In this document: one piece after another, positions 34,903 through 43,918 of the stretch
Numbering within the stretch: the first letter of the stretch is position 1
How the letters are laid out: every line of letters begins with the position of its first letter
IMG/VR virus record: IMGVR_UViG_3300042553_000685
Length of the DNA: 64,000 nt
Direction: 5' to 3' (one strand)
DNA from: a virus
Program-made: the position numbers and the translations under genes
Notes under the pieces: generated by a model
What the model was told of the DNA's origin: nothing
Seen by the model: the letters and a program-made list of their open reading frames with translations, nothing else
The model's database searches: none

Positions 34903-35529
34903 ATGAAGTATGTCACGCCGAAAGAGGCCGCCCAAAACCTCGGGGTCAGCGTCTCCTCCCTCAGAAGGTGGGAAGCTGAAGGAAAAGTCAAAAGCATCCG
35001 AACACCCGGAGGGCAACGCCGTTACTGCATTGAAGAGTACGAGTCGGAAGGTAAGTCCATTGTCTGTTACGCAAGGGTTTCCACCCACGGACAAAAAGAC
35101 GACCTCGAAAGACAAGCTGAATTTCTACGCTCAAAGTATCCTCGGGCTGAAATTATCACAGAAATTGGAAGCGGACTCAATTTTAAACGGAAGCGGTTCC
35201 TCTCTATTTTGGAGCGAATATATCAAAGAGATGTCGGCTTGCTTGCCGTTGCCTACCCTGACAGACTCGCTCGATTTGGGTTCCCACTTATTGAGTGGAT
35301 TTGTCAGCAGAGTGAGTGCAAACTCGTGGTTCTCAATGAATCTAAACTCTCTCCCCACGAAGAACTCGTTCAAGATATTCTGTCCATCCTCCACTGTTTC
35401 TCTACTAGGCTTTACGGATTGCGAAAATACCAAAAGCAAACCGAAAAAGCCCTTCAAGAAGAATCCCCGCAACAAGTCGAAGAAGGAAAAACCCAACAGT
35501 GTCTTGAAGATCAGGGTCTTTCCATCTAG
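34903..35529 (+). CDS. tnpA: IS607-type serine recombinase
   Basis: HTH VTPKEAAQNLGVSVSSLRRWEAEGKV; catalytic motif VCYARVSTHGQKDDLERQ. Confidence 0.9.
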   Translation: MKYVTPKEAAQNLGVSVSSLRRWEAEGKVKSIRTPGGQRRYCIEEYESEGKSIVCYARVSTHGQKDDLERQAEFLRSKYPRAEIITEIGSGLNFKRKRFLSILERIYQRDVGLLAVAYPDRLARFGFPLIEWICQQSECKLVVLNESKLSPHEELVQDILSILHCFSTRLYGLRKYQKQTEKALQEESPQQVEEGKTQQCLEDQGLSI

Positions 35530-36637
35530 GGAGTTGCATCAAGTCTGGAAACAATGGTTGGCAGCTTATCGATGGATCTACAACCAAACGATTAATTTAC
35601 TTTGCCAAGGTGCCAAACCTAATATCTATGATATGCAAGCCGAGCTTCGGGATTTAGCCAAGCCCGAATGGGTTAAAACCTTACCCGGACACCAGTTACA
35701 AGAAGCCGTTGCGGATGCTTGTGACGCGCATCGACAGGCTATTGCTAACAAGGGTTCCGCTCACTTAAAGTCATGCCGAGCAACGTCGCAAGTCATCAAA
35801 TTCAAGGCGGGAAATTTCAAAAAGGGGACGTGGTATCCTTTACTTACCAAAGGATTATTTTTTACGTCCCCCCAAGAAATTCCTTCTCATTGCGATTATG
35901 GCACTCAGTTGGTTTACACTCGGCGGCAATGGTTTGCCTGCTTTCCTGTGTTAAAACCAATTGAGTTGACCAGTGAAAATCGAGTTATTGCTCTAGACCC
36001 AGGAGTAAGAACCTTTTTAACTGGTTATGACGGAGAAACTGTTTTAGAAGTTGGCGGGAAAGACATCGGAGCAATACATCGTCTTTGCCTGCATCTCGAC
36101 CAACTCTGCTCTCGGATTAGCACGTCTAAATCAAAACGTCAGCGTTACAAAATGCGTCGGGCCGCTAGTCAGCTTCGGGGTCGGATTAAAAACTTAATCA
36201 AAGACCTTCACGCTAAAACTGCGTCGTTTTTGGTTCAGCATTACAAGCTTATCTTTTTGCCCACTTTTGAGACGGGCCAAATGGTCTCAAAATCCACCCG
36301 GAAGCTCAACAAGAAGTCGGCACGGAATCTCCTAACATGGAGTCACTACCGATTCGCTCAACACTTACAGCAAACAGCAGATAGGCATGGTGTTTTAGTG
36401 ATTCGTTGCAACGAGTCCTATACATCCAAAACCTGTCCCGAGTGCGGGCATATTCACGAAAAACTGGGTGGTTCCAAGGTCTTTAAGTGTCCTCATTGTG
36501 GATATCAAGCGCCACGAGATTGGCACGGCGCACGAAATATTATGTTTCGTGCTTTGCAGGCAACAGCCGTTATCTTTCGAGATGATGCCGTACTTTTTCA
36601 AGGTTTGAGTAGCGATACTCAACTTTGTTTAGGTTAA
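35504..36637 (+). CDS. tnpB: TnpB-family RuvC nuclease (IS607-associated type)
   Basis: VIALDPGVRTFLTGY (RuvC-I), LIFLPTFETGQM (RuvC-II), CPECGH...CPHCGYQAPRDWHGARNI (zinc ribbon + RuvC-III). TTG at 35504 proposed; the 575-aa track ORF from 34910 overlaps tnpA out of frame. Confidence 0.85.
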   Translation: MKIRVFPSRELHQVWKQWLAAYRWIYNQTINLLCQGAKPNIYDMQAELRDLAKPEWVKTLPGHQLQEAVADACDAHRQAIANKGSAHLKSCRATSQVIKFKAGNFKKGTWYPLLTKGLFFTSPQEIPSHCDYGTQLVYTRRQWFACFPVLKPIELTSENRVIALDPGVRTFLTGYDGETVLEVGGKDIGAIHRLCLHLDQLCSRISTSKSKRQRYKMRRAASQLRGRIKNLIKDLHAKTASFLVQHYKLIFLPTFETGQMVSKSTRKLNKKSARNLLTWSHYRFAQHLQQTADRHGVLVIRCNESYTSKTCPECGHIHEKLGGSKVFKCPHCGYQAPRDWHGARNIMFRALQATAVIFRDDAVLFQGLSSDTQLCLG

Positions 36638-36864
36638 ATGTTGCACACAATAGGTCTAGCGCACCAACGTAACGGAGGATGTTTCCCTCCGTCCTACTCG
36701 CTGGCGGCGTCCACTAGAGTCAGAATTAACCTACCGCGCTTGACGTAACCGATGTCAAGTCTTGTACATTTAGCCCTATCTTGTTTACTTGAAATGTCGG
36801 TTTGAAGGCTCTCGGTTTTACCGATGAGATGAAAAGCCGACCAGTATAGAACGGCGAAGCACGA

Positions 36865-37284
36865 TTAATATTCTGGGGAGTCTTGGCTCTCCACATATTT
36901 TTTAAGTTGATCTATCGTAACGCCACCACAACTAGCCACAAAGTAAGCTCCTGTCCATAATACTCTCTTGTCTTTCCAGTAAATCTTCTTTAAATGGTCA
37001 CTGTAGTTATCCCACAAAAGCTTGCTTGAAGTAGATTTCAAATTAGCAATTAACCCGCTTAGTAATTTATGGGGGGGATAAGTTAAAAGAATGTGGACAT
37101 GGTCAGACTCACCGCTAAACTCTACGATACTGGCATCCCATTTATCAGCAATAGACTTAAAAGCCTCATTTAAGAACTCTAAATGTTCTTTCTTGAATAC
37201 TTTTCTCCGATATTTAGTCACCAACACTATATGAACAGTAAGATTAAACGTAGCCCTGCGGGTCTTAAAGTAATTGGGTTCCAT
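36865..37284 (-). CDS. tnpA: IS200/IS605 Y1 (HUH) transposase
   Basis: HIVLVTKYRRKVF, HUH motif DHVHILL, C-terminal WTGAYFVASCGGVTIDQLKKYVESQ with catalytic Tyr; start moved to MEPNYFK (37284), giving 139 aa. Confidence 0.85.
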   Translation of the reverse strand: MEPNYFKTRRATFNLTVHIVLVTKYRRKVFKKEHLEFLNEAFKSIADKWDASIVEFSGESDHVHILLTYPPHKLLSGLIANLKSTSSKLLWDNYSDHLKKIYWKDKRVLWTGAYFVASCGGVTIDQLKKYVESQDSPEY

Positions 37285-37349
37285 GCCTATTGACAACTTG
37301 TACGGTGAGATGATATAGTGATAACATAACACATTGAGAGGTCGGGTCA

Positions 37350-38531
37350 ATGCGAGTCATAGAGTTTAAGGTTAAAGTTACACAACAACAACAAATAGCT
37401 ATCTTAGAAGCTATTAGAATAGGACAGTTCATTCGGAATAAGTGCATTAGACTCTGGATGGATTCTCACAGAGAAGATAAGGTAAATTATGCTTCTTTTT
37501 GCAAATTTGTAACAACGTTGAGTAATGATTCAGACACTCCGTTTGTAGGTAATCTTAACTCTATGGCTCGTCAAGCTAGTGCCGAAAGAGCTTGGTTTGC
37601 TATATCTCGTTTCTATGACAATTGTAAGAAAGGTTTAGCTCAAAAAGGCTACCCTAAATTCAAGAAGTTCTCAAGGTCTGTGGAGTACAAAACTTCTGGC
37701 TGGAAACTGTTAGAAGATAAAAAGTCTATCCACATAACAGATAAAACTGGAATTGGTAAGTTAAAGCTAGTTGGCTCTTATAATCGTGAAATTCTAGATA
37801 AGCCCCTAATCAAAAGAGTTAGGCTTATTAAAAGGGCTGACGGATTCTATTGTCAATTTGTCTTAGACCTTGAACGAGTAGAACTGCTTAATTCTACAGG
37901 AAAGGAAGTAGGGATTGATTTAGGTTTAAACCATTTCTTGACCGACTCTAATGGGGATAAAATTGATAACCCTCGTTTCCTCCGTAAAGCCGAAAAACGA
38001 CTGAAAAAGGCACAGCGTAAACTCTCCAAAAAGAAAAAGGGAAGCCAAAAAAGGTTAAAGCAGAAATCTAAAGTAGCCCGCCTTCATTTAAAAGTTTCTA
38101 GACAACGTAAAGATTTTGCCGTTAAGACAGCAAAAGCGTTAATCCAATCTAACGATTTGGTAGTCTATGAGGATTTGAAGGTTTCTAATATGGTGAAAAA
38201 CAGAAAACTTGCGAAATCAATTTCTGATGCAAGTTGGTCAATGTTCACCGATTGGTTAGACTACTTTGGAAAAATACACGGGAAGTTTGTGGTAGCGGTA
38301 AATCCACAATATACAAGTCAAGAGTGTTCTAATTGTGGTTCGATTGTCAAGAAAACATTGTCTGTAAGAACTCATATATGTTCTTGTGGTTGTGTTCTGG
38401 ACAGAGATGAAAATGCCGCTATCAACATACTTCAAAAAGCAAGTACTGTCGGGCGGACAGAAATTCAAGCCCTCGGACAGACTACCCACTGTCTATTAGG
38501 TGAAAGCTTAATAGATAAGGTAACTGGATGA
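37350..38531 (+). CDS. tnpB: TnpB (IS605 OrfB family)
   Basis: VGIDLGLNHFLTDS (RuvC-I), VVYEDLKVSNM (RuvC-II), CSNCGS...CSCGCVLDRDENAAINI (zinc ribbon + RuvC-III); followed by the gggaatccctcgcttttagcgatgggagcgtcaa stem-loop typical of TnpB 3' ends. Confidence 0.9.
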   Translation: MRVIEFKVKVTQQQQIAILEAIRIGQFIRNKCIRLWMDSHREDKVNYASFCKFVTTLSNDSDTPFVGNLNSMARQASAERAWFAISRFYDNCKKGLAQKGYPKFKKFSRSVEYKTSGWKLLEDKKSIHITDKTGIGKLKLVGSYNREILDKPLIKRVRLIKRADGFYCQFVLDLERVELLNSTGKEVGIDLGLNHFLTDSNGDKIDNPRFLRKAEKRLKKAQRKLSKKKKGSQKRLKQKSKVARLHLKVSRQRKDFAVKTAKALIQSNDLVVYEDLKVSNMVKNRKLAKSISDASWSMFTDWLDYFGKIHGKFVVAVNPQYTSQECSNCGSIVKKTLSVRTHICSCGCVLDRDENAAINILQKASTVGRTEIQALGQTTHCLLGESLIDKVTG

Positions 38532-38893
38532 ACAGGGAATCCCTCGCTTTTAGCGATGGGAGCGTCAATCAGTATTACTACTTAGCGGGGCACGGCGTGC
38601 GGAGGTGAAGCGTATGGGTTTACCCTGTTCCGCTCGAACTTCACGGCTCACTGTGTCTTTTAGTTTATAGATACCGGTCCCTCTCTGATGCCTACATCAA
38701 TCAACTGATTAAGGCAAATGAGAGGGCGGTAAATAGGAGGTCATCGGTACCGCCGATAGGCGGTTTAAGGAACCTTAGCCATTCCTTCTACTATTATAGC
38801 ACAGGTTTTTAATTCTGGTGTAAAATATTTATCAGGCGGGGCCCCCTCTCAAATAAAGGGGGCTTCTCTACCACAAATACACAGGAGATAGCT

Positions 38894-39055
38894 ATGGAAG
38901 AGATTACCATAATTGAATTTTTAATTAATTCAATTAAAGAAGAAAAACCTTTGTATAGTAATGAACAATGCTTAAATGTAGCTCTAGAGATAATCACAGC
39001 TAACTTTCCCATTTGTGCATCAAAATATTTCAAAGAAGAACCGTGGAAACTATAA
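38894..39055 (+). CDS. small hypothetical protein
   Basis: Manually read 53-aa ORF with caggag RBS; below track cutoff. Confidence 0.3.
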   Translation: MEEITIIEFLINSIKEEKPLYSNEQCLNVALEIITANFPICASKYFKEEPWKL

Positions 39056-39079
39056 CAACGGGGGTGGCCCCGTATTTTT

Positions 39080-41116
39080 ATGATTACTACAATTGATTTC
39101 CGTGATATCCAGGCTGCATGTATTAGGCAGTTAGACAATATGTGTAAGGATAAGCAGCCTTTATTTGTTGTCGACGTACCAGGAGATGTGCTCTGGCAGA
39201 CCTACCTCGATGCCTTTCCCGCACACGAGCGACAGGCACATAACTGTATGGCCTGCCGACAATTCATTAAGAAGGCGGGGGGCCTCGTTAAACCAGATGA
39301 GAATTATAATCTCATCAGTATGTGGAATGTAACTGTACCAGGTTACTTACAGGGAGTAGTTGATAAGCTCAATGCTCTAGTGACAGGAGCCAGCATTCGA
39401 GACACGTTCTTATTAAATCGTAGTGAATTGACCGTAGGGCACGCAAGTGACTTGCAGCGTCTAGAGGATGGCAGCACTATTAAGTGGCACCATCTATACT
39501 ATAAGTTTCCTACGACCTATGCCTCCAATGATGCACATAGTGATCAGAGCGTTGCTCGTAATAAGAAGGCGGGCCTCAAGAGAGATCTAGAAGTTATCTC
39601 TATTGACTCAGTGAAAACTGTTCTCGAACTTATCAATCAAGGCATCTTATATCGCGGTAATGAGTTTAAGCTGCAGTTAACTAACTTTCTTGCCCTACAA
39701 GAGGCCAATCGCCAGAATCGCCTGCGTAATCCTAATTTTACTAAGGAGCAGCATGAAACCTTCTGCTGGGTCATGTCTGCTAAATTTAGCCATATCCGCA
39801 ATACAGCCATCGGTACTCTGCTGACTGATATTAGTGAGGGACGCGATCTAGATAAGGCTGTTATATCTTATGAGAGTAAGGTGGCTCCCGAGAACTATCG
39901 TCGTCCTACTGCCATCGTTACTGAAAATATGAAGGCTAGAGCCCGGGCTGACTTTCTCGCTATGGGCTTCAGTCAATCTAGTCTAGAACGTCGTCAGGCC
40001 ACTATCGATGATGTCCCTATTGATCAGTGGTTATATGTTGATAGACTACCAAAAAGAATATACGAGACTGACTTCTTCGACAATATGCTTGTAGTCTCTC
40101 GCCCGCCTACGACTCCGCAGAATATTAGCTTCAGCGAGTTCCTTAGCAGCGTAGTGCCCCATATCACATCTATGGAGATCCTATTTGAAGATGAGCTGAT
40201 AAATAATTTAGTTACTATGACAGCTCCTGTAGATACGGATACCCCTAGCTTCTTCCAGTGGCCTAATGGTATGGGCTGGAGCTACAATAATCAGTTAGCT
40301 GATAGTAGTCGTCAGCGTGTCAAGGCTGCTGGCGGTAAGATAGACGGGGCCCTGTGCTGCCGATTGATGTGGTATAATACTGATGACTTAGACCTTCATC
40401 TCGAGTGGAACGGCAATAGAATCTACTATGGAAGTAAGAAGGCCTGTGGCGGTGAGCTTGATGTAGATGCTAACGCCAGTACTTCTTCTCTAACTAATAC
40501 CCCCGTTGAGAATATAGCATTTGCCAATAAGGCACCTAATGCTGAGTATCTATTGTCTGTTAATCAGTTTAATAGACGTAGTAGCGTTGATATCGGCTTC
40601 CAGGTGGACATCGAGACAGAGGGGGGCCAGTTCTACACCTTCACGTATAAAACCCTGATGCCTACTGGAAAAACTGTAAACGTAGCTCGCTTCAGTATGG
40701 TTAATGGCGTGCTAAAATTAGATACAGATAGTGACTTACTTAAACCATCTAGTGCTACAGGCCGCTCTCTTACTACGTGGGGTATGGGCACTAATCAGTG
40801 GCAGAAGGTCCGTCTCATTACTACCAGTCCTAATCACTGGGGGGATACACAGCGCGGTAACCTACACTTCTTTATCTTCTTAGATAAGGCTGTACCCGAG
40901 GGGCCCATCCGTCCCTTCTTTAATGAATTTATTCGTGCTGATCTACTACTAGATCACAAGCGCGTGTTCGAGTTACTAGGTAGCATGGTACCAGTCAACA
41001 GTACGCCTAATGGACTTGCTGGCCTAGGCTTCTCTAGCACCACTCGCGCTAGTTTTACATGCCGCGTGGGGGGGGATAGCCCCACACGTAAACGTATTTT
41101 CAAAGTCACATTCTAG
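39080..41116 (+). CDS. large conserved-looking hypothetical protein
   Basis: 678-aa ORF; N-terminal HNCMACRQF Cys motif; C-terminal CCRLMWYNTDDLDLHLEW...GGELDVDAN segment resembling the DUF2135-like pattern from memory. Confidence 0.6.
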   Translation: MITTIDFRDIQAACIRQLDNMCKDKQPLFVVDVPGDVLWQTYLDAFPAHERQAHNCMACRQFIKKAGGLVKPDENYNLISMWNVTVPGYLQGVVDKLNALVTGASIRDTFLLNRSELTVGHASDLQRLEDGSTIKWHHLYYKFPTTYASNDAHSDQSVARNKKAGLKRDLEVISIDSVKTVLELINQGILYRGNEFKLQLTNFLALQEANRQNRLRNPNFTKEQHETFCWVMSAKFSHIRNTAIGTLLTDISEGRDLDKAVISYESKVAPENYRRPTAIVTENMKARARADFLAMGFSQSSLERRQATIDDVPIDQWLYVDRLPKRIYETDFFDNMLVVSRPPTTPQNISFSEFLSSVVPHITSMEILFEDELINNLVTMTAPVDTDTPSFFQWPNGMGWSYNNQLADSSRQRVKAAGGKIDGALCCRLMWYNTDDLDLHLEWNGNRIYYGSKKACGGELDVDANASTSSLTNTPVENIAFANKAPNAEYLLSVNQFNRRSSVDIGFQVDIETEGGQFYTFTYKTLMPTGKTVNVARFSMVNGVLKLDTDSDLLKPSSATGRSLTTWGMGTNQWQKVRLITTSPNHWGDTQRGNLHFFIFLDKAVPEGPIRPFFNEFIRADLLLDHKRVFELLGSMVPVNSTPNGLAGLGFSSTTRASFTCRVGGDSPTRKRIFKVTF

Positions 41117-41123
41117 AGGAACT

Positions 41124-41537
41124 ATGGAACTCAATATCATTATTGGTGCTCTCGTTGGTCGGTACCGCTTTCCCTCTGTTAGCGGTGACCTCACGCTTGA
41201 AGATTTATTCTGCCTTAACCTCAGGTCTAGATCAGCCAATACACCCTCTCTTAATAATGTTGCTATTGAGCTTAACAAGCGTATCATAGCCTGCGGTGGC
41301 GTAGACTTCGTCGATGATAGCAACGAGATTATTATCTTACAAAGAAAGCTCGACATAGTCAAATTTGTCATTGCTCATGTTAAGAATCGTGCTGAGGCCA
41401 CTAAGCAGGCTCTCGCTAGAGAAGAGAATCGGCAGAACTTACTGGCCCTCATTGAGCGTAAGAAGAATGATCTCCTCGCTGAAGAGAGTATCGAAGAATT
41501 AGAGCAGCGCCTCGCTGCCCTACAGAAGCCAAAGTAA
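41124..41537 (+). CDS. hypothetical protein with coiled-coil C-terminus
   Basis: 137-aa ORF. Confidence 0.5.
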   Translation: MELNIIIGALVGRYRFPSVSGDLTLEDLFCLNLRSRSANTPSLNNVAIELNKRIIACGGVDFVDDSNEIIILQRKLDIVKFVIAHVKNRAEATKQALAREENRQNLLALIERKKNDLLAEESIEELEQRLAALQKPK

Positions 41538-41547
41538 TAGCTAAAGG

Positions 41548-41570
41548 ATGGGGTTTCAGCCCCATTTTTC
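41548..41570 (+). terminator. rho-independent terminator candidate
   Basis: atgggg/ccccat stem, 6-nt loop, ttttt. Confidence 0.55.
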
Positions 41571-41572
41571 TG

Positions 41573-41974
41573 ATGATTAACGACAAACCACACTGGTACA
41601 CAACAGAGTACCTCAACAGATTTAATATTCAACTACTAACAGAGTCCGATAAGTCCGAGGCAGAAGAAGATACGGTCATCTTCCACGGACCCTTTAAGAC
41701 AGTAGAAGAAGCTATAGAGTTTGAGAAAGAAGTGCCTTATTGTACTTGGACTTGGGAGGAAGAGGGGACGACTTGGGAGGAAGAAGGGGCTTGGAATACC
41801 TCATGTGCCAACCAGTTTGTCGTTAACAACGGCACCCCTTCAGAGAACGGTATGGTTTACTGTTGTTACTGCGGTCGAAAGCTAAAGGAGGCCCGCCAGA
41901 CGTCTGGAGGAGAGTGGTCTGAAGAAGATGACAATAACATTCACCTAGCTTTAAAGTTACTAACCAACACCTAG
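41573..41974 (+). CDS. hypothetical Trp/Glu/Cys-rich protein (inserted cassette)
   Basis: 133-aa ORF flanked by a 38-nt imperfect direct repeat. Confidence 0.45.
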   Translation: MINDKPHWYTTEYLNRFNIQLLTESDKSEAEEDTVIFHGPFKTVEEAIEFEKEVPYCTWTWEEEGTTWEEEGAWNTSCANQFVVNNGTPSENGMVYCCYCGRKLKEARQTSGGEWSEEDDNNIHLALKLLTNT

Positions 41975-42009
41975 AGTAGCGCCTCGCTGCCCTATAGAAG
42001 CCAAGGTAA
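41972..42009. repeat. right copy of 38-nt direct repeat (left copy 41500-41537)
   Basis: tagagYagcgcctcgctgccctaYagaagccaaRgtaa, 35/38 identical; the left copy is the 3' end of ORF 41124-41537. Confidence 0.85.
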
Positions 42010-42155
42010 GGTTAATTAATTGAGCCCAGCTCGAGCTGGGCTAGAAACAGGAGCAGCACCGTCTAGATATTCCTCCCCTAGATGATGAATTTTTCAAGAA
42101 TGCTAAACTGGTCAAACCAAATATACAAACAGAAGGCGATACAATCAAACCTATT

Positions 42156-43112
42156 ATGAAACTTAAAGGCAGTATTCGGTTATTTTTAGAAGGTTCAGAA
42201 GATGGATTCCAGCACCTAACAGATTTACATCAATCAGGGGAATTGCAGGCCCTCCTCAATGAACTTAAATCAGGAGTCGAGTTCACTACAGATGCAAAAG
42301 TTATTGAAAAAGTCGAATTAATTAAGGCAATTCGAGAAGGAACAATAGATAAAACAACTCTACAACAAGTTAATTTGAGTGGGGCTGATCTGAGTGGGGC
42401 TGACCTGAGTGAGGCTGACCTGAGTGGAGCTTTCCTGAGAGAGGCTAACCTAAGTGGGGTTAACCTGAGTGGGGCTTACCTGAGTAGGGCTACTCTAAGT
42501 GGGGCTAACCTGAGTGGGGTTAACCTGAGTGGGGCTAACCTGAGTGGGGCTTACCTGAGTAAAGCTGACCTGAGTGGGGCTTACCTGAGTAAAGCTGACC
42601 TGAGGGGGGCTTTCCTAAGGGGGACTAACTTGAGAGAGGCTACTTTGAGTGAGGCTGACCTGAGTGGGGCTTGCCTGAGTGGGGCTGATCTGAGTGAGGC
42701 TTGCCTGAGTGGGGCTGATCTGAGTGAGGCTGACCTGAAGGGGGCTTTCCTAAGGGGGACTTACCTGAGAGAGGCTAACCTGAGTGGGGCTAACCTGAGT
42801 GGGGCTTGCCTGAGTGGGGCTGATCTGAGTGAGGCTTGCCTGAGTGGGGCTGATCTGAGTGAGGCTGACCTGAAGGGGGCTTTCCTAAGGGGGACTTACC
42901 TGAGAGAGGCTAACCTGAGTGGGGCTAACCTGAGTGGGGCTATTCTGAGTGGGGCTATTCTGAGAGGGGCTATCCTGAGAGAGGCTAACCTGAGAAGGGC
43001 TAACCTGAGAAGGGCTAACGTTAAAAACGCTATTTTTCCCGATGCAACGGGTATCACCCCTGAACAAAAACAGGATTTAATTCGACGAGGGGCAATTTTT
43101 GCAGAGATTTAA
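42156..43112 (+). CDS. pentapeptide-repeat protein
   Basis: About 50 consecutive A(D/N)LSG-type pentapeptides; N-domain SIRLFLEGSEDG..SGELQ.LLNEL shared with pseudogene 20005-20656; perfect 135-bp tandem duplication 42669-42803 / 42804-42938. Confidence 0.85.
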   Translation: MKLKGSIRLFLEGSEDGFQHLTDLHQSGELQALLNELKSGVEFTTDAKVIEKVELIKAIREGTIDKTTLQQVNLSGADLSGADLSEADLSGAFLREANLSGVNLSGAYLSRATLSGANLSGVNLSGANLSGAYLSKADLSGAYLSKADLRGAFLRGTNLREATLSEADLSGACLSGADLSEACLSGADLSEADLKGAFLRGTYLREANLSGANLSGACLSGADLSEACLSGADLSEADLKGAFLRGTYLREANLSGANLSGAILSGAILRGAILREANLRRANLRRANVKNAIFPDATGITPEQKQDLIRRGAIFAEI

Positions 43113-43222
43113 GTAGGGTTGGCTGAATAAATGTGTATAGACAAGGTAAGGGGTTTAGCGGCCTGTTTGACCAAGCAGCTGCAGGATTTTCAAGCTGGTG
43201 GCTCAAAAATCTTGTATCTTAA

Positions 43223-43351
43223 CCAACGGTCGCCCCCATACTTAATGTCTCTCTAAGTTTTATTGGTAAATGGAAAACTCAGTTTGAAGACCGAGGTATC
43301 CCTAGATTAAAATTATCATATCAAGGAACATCATGGAAAATTTGGGTCTGA
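43223..43351 (+). pseudogene. fragment of transposase HTH domain (IS630-like, tentative)
   Basis: Reads PTVAPILNVSLSFIGKWKTQFEDRGIPRLKLSYQGTSW*, the pattern of a transposase N-terminal HTH; bounded by stops; 23-nt match (22/23) to 62895-62917. Confidence 0.4.
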
Positions 43352-43911
43352 AACCCCGTCCGTTTTACGGCGGTGAGGATGTCAAGGAAGAATTAAAGGC
43401 AATTTATAATGACAGGGTTGTATACGGACTAACTGATAACAGTAATGTGTATATCGACGCTGTGTCCTTAAAGGAGGTGCTTGATTGTAGTATTTACTCA
43501 GAGCTCATGAAGTCAAATAGACTATGGGTATCAGCAGATGATCTAGCTGTAATTCTAGAGGATAATAATTGCCCTACGAATGATTTCGAGAAGTGGTTGA
43601 TATCTATCCGCAACATGGACTTTGAAACCTACACATTAACTTACATCAATGATAAAAAGGTATACTACAGATACGAGGGGCAGGAGCCAGTATTCTCCTT
43701 AAATAGTATCGTAGCCACTCATTATAATAGTAATGTTCGTTTTACTGACTGGCGAAATGGGGATACGTATGAGTATAAGCCTGATGATAGTCGTGTGAGG
43801 TGGGTCTCTGCAGATGTAGCTCTTGAGTTGGCCCGCATGGTCGATTCTACGTTAGGCATCTGGCTGGAAGGATGTATCGGCGTTATGAGGAAAACCCCGT
43901 TTGATCTGTAG
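43333..43911 (+). CDS. hypothetical protein; N-terminus built from the TnpB-end remnant
   Basis: 192-aa ORF; first 18 codons (MENLGLKPRPFYGGEDVK) lie in the remnant. Confidence 0.45.
   Translation: MENLGLKPRPFYGGEDVKEELKAIYNDRVVYGLTDNSNVYIDAVSLKEVLDCSIYSELMKSNRLWVSADDLAVILEDNNCPTNDFEKWLISIRNMDFETYTLTYINDKKVYYRYEGQEPVFSLNSIVATHYNSNVRFTDWRNGDTYEYKPDDSRVRWVSADVALELARMVDSTLGIWLEGCIGVMRKTPFDL
43356..43386 (+). repeat. TnpB 3' end / guide-RNA stem-loop-like remnant, copy 1
   Basis: ccgtccgttttacggcggtgaggatgtcaag; same design as the stem-loop after tnpB at 38536-38568; partner copy at 43919-43948. Confidence 0.55.
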
Positions 43912-43918
43912 GGAATCG

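Larger units (their letters stand above)
34830..36800 (+). mobile_element. IS607-family element (serine recombinase + TnpB), copy 2; ends approximate
   Basis: Composition change near 34800-34900; tnpA/tnpB overlap of 26 nt as in copy 1; right end not resolved because an IS200/IS605 element abuts it. Confidence 0.6.
36800..38790 (+). mobile_element. IS200/IS605-family element (divergent tnpA / tnpB); ends approximate
   Basis: Y1 transposase and TnpB divergently arranged. Candidate end hairpins gtcgg..tcggttttaccga..ccgac (about 36810-36855) and atcggtaccgccgat/accgccgataggcggt (about 38740-38765). Confidence 0.6.

Noticed and set aside
34910-36637. 575-aa ORF in the track as a single protein
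   Set aside because: Its first 200 or so codons overlap the serine recombinase gene in another frame and are low-complexity. TnpB homology starts near 35504, and copy 1 shows the same short tnpA/tnpB overlap.
38809-39138. 109-aa minus-strand ORF
   Set aside because: It spans the IS right-end flank and the start of the 678-aa plus-strand gene, has no RBS, and conflicts with a better small plus-strand ORF (38894-39055).
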